From the IMG/VR virus record IMGVR_UViG_3300002552_000444, positions 36,088-100,087 of that record: a DNA stretch of 64,000 nt. The stretch is one strand, 5' to 3'. Made by a program: the position numbers and the translations under genes. How positions within the stretch are numbered: position 1 is the first letter of the stretch; every line of letters begins with the position of its first letter. This document shows positions 57,477 through 64,000 of this stretch, one piece after another. Source of the DNA: a virus (taxonomy: Duplodnaviria; Caudoviricetes). The notes beneath the pieces are model-generated. The model made no database searches. It saw nothing but the letters and a program-made list of their open reading frames with translations, and was not told the origin of the DNA.

Positions 57477-59117
57477 ATGCATTCATACAAAAATATATTT
57501 GAGCAACATATAATTGTCTCTGCGTATTGTCGAGTTTCAACCGACAAGGACGACCAAGCAAACTCACTTGATAGTCAAATTAAATACTTCACTGATTTTA
57601 TAAAAAACCACAAAACATGGCAGTTAGGTGAAATATATTACGATGAAGGATTAAGTGGGACATCTGTTAAAAAACGCAAAGCATTTAACCGAATGATTCA
57701 AGACGGATTAAATGGAAAATTCCATTTAATTATCACCAAAGAAGTCAGTCGATTTGCCAGAAACACCGTTGACACGCTCCAATATACAAGAACACTCAAA
57801 GATAAAAATGTTGGCGTTTATTTCATGACAGACAATATTTGCACACTAGACAGCGACGGAGAGTTGCGTCTTACCATCATGGCAAGTATCGCTCAAGAAG
57901 AAAGTCGTAAAACAAGTGAGCGTGTTAAATGGGGTCAAAGGCGCCGAATGGAGCAAGGAGTTGTTTTTGGCAATGGAATAATATATGGTTACTTTTTGAA
58001 AAACGGCAAGTTGTCTATAAACCCAGAAGAAGCTAAAACTATAAAATTCATATTCACCAGTTTTTTAGAGGGTCATGGAATAGAAAAAATTTCAACAATG
58101 CTTGATGATGCGGGCTATAAAACTAAATGGGGAAAAAGATGGTATTCAAGAACTGTTTACGATATTTTGAAAAACGAAAAATATGTCGGCGATTTAGTGC
58201 AAAAGAAAAAATGCACACCAAACTTCTTGACTAAGCATAGAATAATGAATCCAGACCAAGATGACTTAATAATTAAACAAAATACTCATGAAGGAATTGT
58301 TAGCAGAGAAATTTGGAACCAAGTTCAACTTGAAATTGAAAGACGCTCAACTTCCTCAGAAAGAAAGATAAGATTTTCAAGTCGATATTGGTGTAGTGGA
58401 AAAGTTGTTTGCGGAGACTGTGGCGACACTTACACCTCTGTCAACAAAAACCACAACACTAGAAAAAAATCACATTACTTTTCGTGTAAAACTTATGCTC
58501 GAAGAGGAACAAAAAAAGTAGATGAGTTTGGAAAAACTATTGGCTGCGACAATAGACCCGTTCAAGAGTATGGAATTAGATATATATTCCAAGAAGCACT
58601 CCGTTTTGTTGAGTTTAATAAGGACGAGATAAAAAAGGAAATTTTGCAAGAACTAAGATTAATTCAACAAGAGCAAGAACTCAAAAGCGTCGAAAACTTT
58701 GACAAAAAAATTAAAGAACTTGAACACAGGAAAATCAAATCTATCGACTTAGTTTTTGATGGAGTAATAAGCAATGAGAACTTGAAAAAATTAGTTTCAA
58801 AATACGACGAGGAAATTGCTGAACTAAATGCAAAGAAAATTGAGACTGAATTATATAATCACAAACTCTCGAACAGAGGCGATTTCTTCTCATCCCTAAT
58901 AAATGAAATTGACAAAATATTGCTCTTGGAATTAGAGGAAGAAAGAATTGAGAGTTTCAATAGCATCCTTGAGAAGATAGTTGTTTTCAGCAATAAAACC
59001 ATGCTGATATATCTAAGTGGACTGGGTTTTGGCATCAAAGCACAGTATAAAACAACTGGCGGCTACCATGGCTATAACATTAATGTCGAAAGCATCAACA
59101 TAGAAGAAATCGCATAA
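57477..59117 (+). CDS. Large serine recombinase (integrase)
   Basis: AYCRVST, DEGLSGT, SRFARN, LKNEKYVG, Zn ribbon CGDCG, coiled coil. Confidence 0.95.
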   Translation: MHSYKNIFEQHIIVSAYCRVSTDKDDQANSLDSQIKYFTDFIKNHKTWQLGEIYYDEGLSGTSVKKRKAFNRMIQDGLNGKFHLIITKEVSRFARNTVDTLQYTRTLKDKNVGVYFMTDNICTLDSDGELRLTIMASIAQEESRKTSERVKWGQRRRMEQGVVFGNGIIYGYFLKNGKLSINPEEAKTIKFIFTSFLEGHGIEKISTMLDDAGYKTKWGKRWYSRTVYDILKNEKYVGDLVQKKKCTPNFLTKHRIMNPDQDDLIIKQNTHEGIVSREIWNQVQLEIERRSTSSERKIRFSSRYWCSGKVVCGDCGDTYTSVNKNHNTRKKSHYFSCKTYARRGTKKVDEFGKTIGCDNRPVQEYGIRYIFQEALRFVEFNKDEIKKEILQELRLIQQEQELKSVENFDKKIKELEHRKIKSIDLVFDGVISNENLKKLVSKYDEEIAELNAKKIETELYNHKLSNRGDFFSSLINEIDKILLLELEEERIESFNSILEKIVVFSNKTMLIYLSGLGFGIKAQYKTTGGYHGYNINVESINIEEIA

Positions 59118-59207
59118 AAAAACCACTTTGAGCGAATTTCCGCTTAAAAACGGCTGTTTTTAACTCTTTTTAACCCATTTTACCCCTAAAAACTATATGG
59201 TGCTTTT

Positions 59208-60206
59208 ATGTGCCTAATAGATGCTGGGCACGGAGGAAGCGATCCGGGGGCAGTTAATGGAAACAGATTTGAAAAGGATGACACGCTAAGAATGGCATTT
59301 GCTGTTCGAAACATTTTAAGAAGCTGTGGGGTTAATGTCGTGATGACTCGCTCAAACGACACCTTCATTCCACTTGGAGAACGCTCAAGAATAAGCAACA
59401 ATCTTAACCCTCAACCGAGACTTTTTGTGTCAATACATCGAAATGGTTCAACAAACCCAAATTTCAATGGGACAGAAGTTTTCGTTCACCCGACTCGCCC
59501 ACCCGCTTCAGTCGCAGCTGGAAACACTGTTTTAAACAACATTGCTAATATTAGTCCAATGGCAAACCTTGGTTTGCAAGAGGGTAATTTTAGTGTTTTG
59601 AGAGAGACTCGTGCGCCGGCAATTTTATTGGAACTTGGATTCATCTCAAACACAAGAGACAACCAGTTGTTCGATGAACACTTCTGCGAATATGCAAGGG
59701 GTGTTGCTAATGGAATTATGCAGTCAATCGGTGTTACTTGCGGAAACCCTTTGCCCCCATCTCCTCCACCTGTTGTTCCACCACAACCAACCCCACCAAT
59801 TCCACCACCAACCGACATCATCAGAAATATTCAATCGACCCTAAACTCGCGTTATGATGCTGGACTTAATGTTGACGGTGTTTGGGGAGCAACATCAAAT
59901 CGTGCGCTAATCAGAGGGTTTCAAACCGAACTTAATCGCGAATTCAACGCAGGACTTGTCGAAGACGGCATCTGGGGGCCAAGAACAAGAGGTGCAACAA
60001 GAATTCTCAGAAACGGTGACAGAGGCAATCTTGTCTGGATTCTACAAGCGGCTTTAAATCGCCAAGGTTTTCAGACTGGCGGACTAACAGGAGTATTTGG
60101 CCCAATGACAGAAGCAGCAGTCCGCTCATTCCAACAATCTGTCGGACTTCCAGCCGACGGCCTAGCTGGACCAAACACCTTTGAAGCATTGTTCCGATTA
60201 AATTAA
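59208..60206 (+). CDS. N-acetylmuramoyl-L-alanine amidase (Amidase_3) with Pro-rich linker and PG-binding domains
   Basis: IDAGHGGSDPGA, EK, SIHRN, ILLELGFISN; DGxWG and DGLAGPNT repeats. Confidence 0.92.
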   Translation: MCLIDAGHGGSDPGAVNGNRFEKDDTLRMAFAVRNILRSCGVNVVMTRSNDTFIPLGERSRISNNLNPQPRLFVSIHRNGSTNPNFNGTEVFVHPTRPPASVAAGNTVLNNIANISPMANLGLQEGNFSVLRETRAPAILLELGFISNTRDNQLFDEHFCEYARGVANGIMQSIGVTCGNPLPPSPPPVVPPQPTPPIPPPTDIIRNIQSTLNSRYDAGLNVDGVWGATSNRALIRGFQTELNREFNAGLVEDGIWGPRTRGATRILRNGDRGNLVWILQAALNRQGFQTGGLTGVFGPMTEAAVRSFQQSVGLPADGLAGPNTFEALFRLN

Positions 60207-60277
60207 TATAGGTATTGAGACAAAAAAATTGTTTCAAACTTCTTCGTTCAATTGAACATCTTCATTTCATAAAATCA

Positions 60278-60318
60278 AAAATAACCTTGACTTGTTTTTC
60301 TAAGCCAAGGTTATTTTT
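60278..60318. terminator. Bidirectional terminator between convergent genes
   Basis: aaaataaccttg...caaggttatttt. Confidence 0.7.
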
Positions 60319-60326
60319 GATTATCT

Positions 60327-60533
60327 TTAGAATGATTTGAAAGTTGTGTTTAGCACTATTTCACAACACAAACAGAATTTGCAAAACCAACACGAACAAC
60401 AACATCTGCAACAACAGCAAGCAGATTTGCGTAAATTTTTCACAAAAACTGCAACCTCATTCGTTTCTAGTTCAATTTTTTCTCCATGAATATTACCTTT
60501 GATATGCGACTTGCTTGTTAGTGTTTTGTTCAT
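60327..60533 (-). CDS. Small Cys-rich protein (spore-coat-like)
   Basis: CCCCRCCCSCWFCKFCLCC. Confidence 0.55.
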   Translation of the reverse strand: MNKTLTSKSHIKGNIHGEKIELETNEVAVFVKNLRKSACCCCRCCCSCWFCKFCLCCEIVLNTTFKSF

Positions 60534-60544
60534 TTTGAATTACC

Positions 60545-60928
60545 CTAGACCATCTCAACTTGGAATGTTATTATCATTGTTTCGCCTTGTTCGATTGTTG
60601 GAAGAACGATTGTCAGTAGTCCAGTCAAACCGACATAAGTGTAGGTCGTTATTATCCCATCAACTTCCACGCTGTTTGCAACGAGTTTGATTTGAGTGAT
60701 ATCAAGAATATCAGTTAATGTTGGAGTCACAAAATCTTCATCTGCTTGATTGTCAATTGTGATGGTATAGGTTAAATACCCGCTCGCCCAAACTGACACA
60801 CTCGCTGACTTTACCGCCGTCAATCCCGAAACAATTGTCGTGTTTAATTCGTTTGAATCAACGCCAAGTGGCAAGCTATCATATGTTCCGGAAACCAAAA
60901 CCTTATTAAACAAAATTGAATCTGCCAT
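60545..60928 (-). CDS. DUF11-like Ig-fold protein
   Basis: KSAS...LTYTITIDN...LTD...SVEVDG...ITFQV; AGGAGG RBS. Confidence 0.75.
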   Translation of the reverse strand: MADSILFNKVLVSGTYDSLPLGVDSNELNTTIVSGLTAVKSASVSVWASGYLTYTITIDNQADEDFVTPTLTDILDITQIKLVANSVEVDGIITTYTYVGLTGLLTIVLPTIEQGETMIITFQVEMV

Positions 60929-61446
60929 GTTTTTTTACCTCCTTTCACATACCTTTTGGAATATTGGTATATGTAGAAGAAAAACATCAAAAAAATCTGC
61001 ATCTCTCTCAATGCAAATCAATGTCTTCAAACCCACATCCTTAACAATTTATGTCCCAAAAAAATTTTAGTCCCCTATTTTAATCAAATATATTTTTATT
61101 TATTTCGACAAACCTTGCACAACATCAACACTCAAAAAACACAAAAAAATGACCCTTACACTCACAAACATCCTTTTATAAATTGCGCCATATTTTAACG
61201 CTCTTGGTTGCAATAACTAATCTGCTTTATTGTGTGATTAGTTTTCATGCATTGTTTGAACATAAAAAAAATCTAGTCTAGGATTAATCCTAAACTAGAA
61301 ATTATGTGGCAAAGGAGACGCAAGAGTATCAATAACTTAAATTTAGTTAATTTTCGTTCAAAAAGGTTGAAAAAAGTTCAATTTTGCTCAAATTTGTAAT
61401 ATTTGCAACATAACTTTGAAAAACCTTCTAGCAACCATATATAAAA

Positions 61447-62487
61447 CTATTTATCGTCCATCAACTCTTCAAGAAATTTATCGTAATCACTCACGAATAA
61501 ACGGTCTTGAATAATTCGGTATTTTTCAAATTCTGTTTCTGCGTGATTTTTTGCGATTTCGGCAGTGATTTTTCCTAAGTCGCCCAAAACTTCCCTGTCG
61601 GTTGCAGAAATAAAAATATCTAGGCGCTTTGCCCAATCATTCATCGTCATTGGAATTTTTCGTTTCGCCATGTCTTCGGCAATGTCAAGATACGCGGAAA
61701 CAATTCGATTAAGGCTATAGATTTCATCTTCAGTTAAATAATTTTTTGCAACACTAACATCATGTTTTTGAATTTTTCCATGCGGAGCATCAGCCCAAGT
61801 CGTCAAACCCATACTTTCTTTCTTTGAATCAGCGCGATGATAAACAACCTCCGCCGCCGTGTTTCCATGAACAGCATAGTGCATTTTGTTTTGGACTTTT
61901 GCAAAAAATTCTTTTGTTGATTTCGCCGTCACATCGTAGTCAAGCGAGGTTGCATAAATATCAGTAATTTTTTGATAAAACTTTCGCTCCGAAACCCGTA
62001 TTTCCCTAATTTTTTCAAGTTGCTCTTCAAAATACTTTTCAGTCAAAATGCTCCCGCCATTTTTCAACCGCTCACTATCCATGACCCAGCCTTTGATTGT
62101 ATAATCCTTGACAACTTGATTCGCCCACTTTCGAAATTGAACTGCTTTTTCATTGTTCACTTTGAATCCAACCGCAATAATCATTTGCAAATTATAATGC
62201 TCAATTTCTCTTTCAACCTCACGACTGCCCTCTTTCTGAACTATTAAGTATTTCTTAATAGTTGCCGCCTCTTCCAACTCCCTATCGTCAAATATTTTCT
62301 TAATGTGTTGATTTATCGCAGAAACAGTCACACCATAAACAGCTGACATCATTTTTTGCGTCAGCCAAATATTCTCATCCTCATATCGCATTTCAAAGCC
62401 ATCACCACCAACCGCCGCAACATAAGTCAAATACTCTGCCGCCGAACTACGAACGCTAATTTCATTTTTCAATTTGTTATTTTTCAT
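61447..62487 (-). CDS. rhuM: Virulence RhuM-family protein
   Basis: IWLTQKMM, HYNLQMIIAVGFKVN, QFRKWA, IREIRVSERKFYQKITDIYATSLDYD. Confidence 0.92.
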   Translation of the reverse strand: MKNNKLKNEISVRSSAAEYLTYVAAVGGDGFEMRYEDENIWLTQKMMSAVYGVTVSAINQHIKKIFDDRELEEAATIKKYLIVQKEGSREVEREIEHYNLQMIIAVGFKVNNEKAVQFRKWANQVVKDYTIKGWVMDSERLKNGGSILTEKYFEEQLEKIREIRVSERKFYQKITDIYATSLDYDVTAKSTKEFFAKVQNKMHYAVHGNTAAEVVYHRADSKKESMGLTTWADAPHGKIQKHDVSVAKNYLTEDEIYSLNRIVSAYLDIAEDMAKRKIPMTMNDWAKRLDIFISATDREVLGDLGKITAEIAKNHAETEFEKYRIIQDRLFVSDYDKFLEELMDDK

Positions 62488-62966
62488 CTACAACAAATAT
62501 AACACAATTACACTCAAAACGCAAACAAAATTATTGGCAATTTTAGTGTGTTTTTTCCGCGAAATTAGTCACGGAAAAAGCAGTCCGTGACTAAAACCAT
62601 GACTAAACCGTGACACATTTGTTTTTTCTCGCATAAATAATGGAAAAAACCGCCCCTTTTTACCATGTTTTGGGCGGTTTTTTGCTGTGGGCTTACACAC
62701 CAAAAAGTCGACTTTTGAATTTTTGGTTTGATTTTGCGATTTGATTGTTTTGCCGTTTGATTTTGCGATTATCGCAAAATGTTTTGCGATAGCCTTTTTT
62801 GAAATTGCGTTAATCAAAATAAATCTTTTTCGCAACAACCTATATATTATAGCATATAATAAGTCATCCTGTCAACAAAAGGACATACCCTAAATTTTAT
62901 TTATATTACATTTCTTGCTTGATTTATTTATATAGAAATGTTACAATTATATAGGAGGACAGCACC

Positions 62967-63827
62967 ATGAAAAAACCTAATTCATATGAAGCAAAAAAAA
63001 TATTAGTTGTTCGCTACGGATGCGAAAACTATGATTATATCTTTGACTATTTGAAAAAACGCTTTGTCGGCTCCAAAACTATTAGACCCCAAAAAAGTCC
63101 GTTGTTTGAATTAACTGTAACGGACAAAATTGACTTGCCCTATCCTGAAACAAAGAGATCAACTAAAGCGGCAACCAAAACAGCAACATATAAGCAAGCA
63201 GGAAATTCTGATTATAATTTCGAAAGGCAGTCACTGCATAAAGATCTCATTGAGAGGGCTAAAGATTACGACTTGTGCGTTGCTATACTTGATGTTTCCG
63301 TGCAAGGCAATAAATATGGTGCTTGCTTAGATACTGAACAAAATGAAAATGAGGAACATGGGGAAAAGCATTTTTACTTAAGCTTAAAGGAAGCCGGTGG
63401 AATTTTGCGTGAAAATGGAATCAGTGCTGTAAACTTTGTTGTCGCTGGCATCTATCGGCAATTGATTCGCCATATCTGCTTCCCTACGATTATGATGAAA
63501 GACGATGGAGATCTCCGTTGCATTTTTACCAGAAGCCTTTATGATAGGATTAACGATATAAAGTTTGCAACTCTTTTCCCTATATTGAGCCGTGCCGCAA
63601 TCAAAAAAATTAAGTCAAGTGGCTTAGAACCCGACTATGCAAAATTCCTATATAAGACAACAAAAAAAGAGCTTGCATATTACAAGCCCGTATTATATAA
63701 AAGAATCTTGTGCCGCCTAGAGATTCGACCAAAAACACATATTTTAGTCGGTATCTTGATAGCCATTGGAACAGGGATTATTGGTGCAGGCATATTTGAG
63801 TTAATAATGTGTGCATTTAGATGTTAG
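62967..63827 (+). CDS. Hypothetical protein with C-terminal TM helix
   Basis: AGGAGG RBS; promoter TTGATT...TACAAT upstream. Confidence 0.7.
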   Translation: MKKPNSYEAKKILVVRYGCENYDYIFDYLKKRFVGSKTIRPQKSPLFELTVTDKIDLPYPETKRSTKAATKTATYKQAGNSDYNFERQSLHKDLIERAKDYDLCVAILDVSVQGNKYGACLDTEQNENEEHGEKHFYLSLKEAGGILRENGISAVNFVVAGIYRQLIRHICFPTIMMKDDGDLRCIFTRSLYDRINDIKFATLFPILSRAAIKKIKSSGLEPDYAKFLYKTTKKELAYYKPVLYKRILCRLEIRPKTHILVGILIAIGTGIIGAGIFELIMCAFRC

Positions 63828-64000
63828 TTAGGAATAATTTTCGCCACCATTCTTAGTAACTTTACAAGCATTTCACCATGTTCATCGCTCATACTGTTAC
63901 AAACCTCAGAAAGTTCGTTAAGCACTTTTGCGATGCCTGTGACTTCACTTTTTATAGCTGAAATATCATTTTTTATCTCTTCTATTGCTTCGTTACTCAT
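63824..64000 (-). CDS. Small hypothetical protein (may extend beyond the window)
   Basis: Hand-translated MSNEAIEEIKNDISAIK...IIPN*. Confidence 0.45.
   Translation of the reverse strand: MSNEAIEEIKNDISAIKSEVTGIAKVLNELSEVCNSMSDEHGEMLVKLLRMVAKIIPN

Larger units (their letters stand above)
3100..59200. mobile_element. Temperate siphovirus-type prophage with SPbeta-like morphogenesis module; boundaries approximate
   Basis: Contiguous terminase-portal-capsid-tail genes on the minus strand, accessory arm on the plus strand, large serine recombinase at the right end. att sites not identified. Confidence 0.9.

Noticed and set aside
62569-62838. 89-aa minus-strand ORF
   Set aside because: No RBS; overlaps the repeat-rich intergenic sequence.

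Overview
Most of the window (~3.1-59.2 kb) is a compact temperate Firmicutes prophage. Its minus-strand morphogenesis arm has an SPbeta-like gene order: terminase, portal, protease, capsid, tail tube, tape measure, Dit, Tal with S74 chaperone, and a BppU/collagen fibre. Its plus-strand accessory arm ends in a large serine recombinase. Host-like genes flank it: a large membrane-anchored protein on the left, and an amidase, a DUF11-like gene and RhuM on the right. The main discovery is at 41.6-47.8 kb. A complete ubiquitin-like conjugation gene set (Ubl ending ADGG-TN, E2-like, JAB/JAMM, E1/ThiF) is followed by a retron-type reverse transcriptase with FOUR retron-like ncRNA units, three tandem upstream and one downstream. 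Each ~290-320 nt unit has its own perfectly complementary terminal inverted repeat, an unpaired G right after the left arm, two conserved msr-like hairpins, and a different ~200 nt msd-like payload. Other points of interest: a ~0.5-0.7 kb hairpin-dense candidate large ncRNA near the strand switch, a TCG/CGA-depleted segment, a DinB cassette, a TA pair and a TagD-like cytidylyltransferase inserted among structural genes, and several leaderless genes. All calls come from reading motifs by eye; no database searches were run and the att sites were not resolved.
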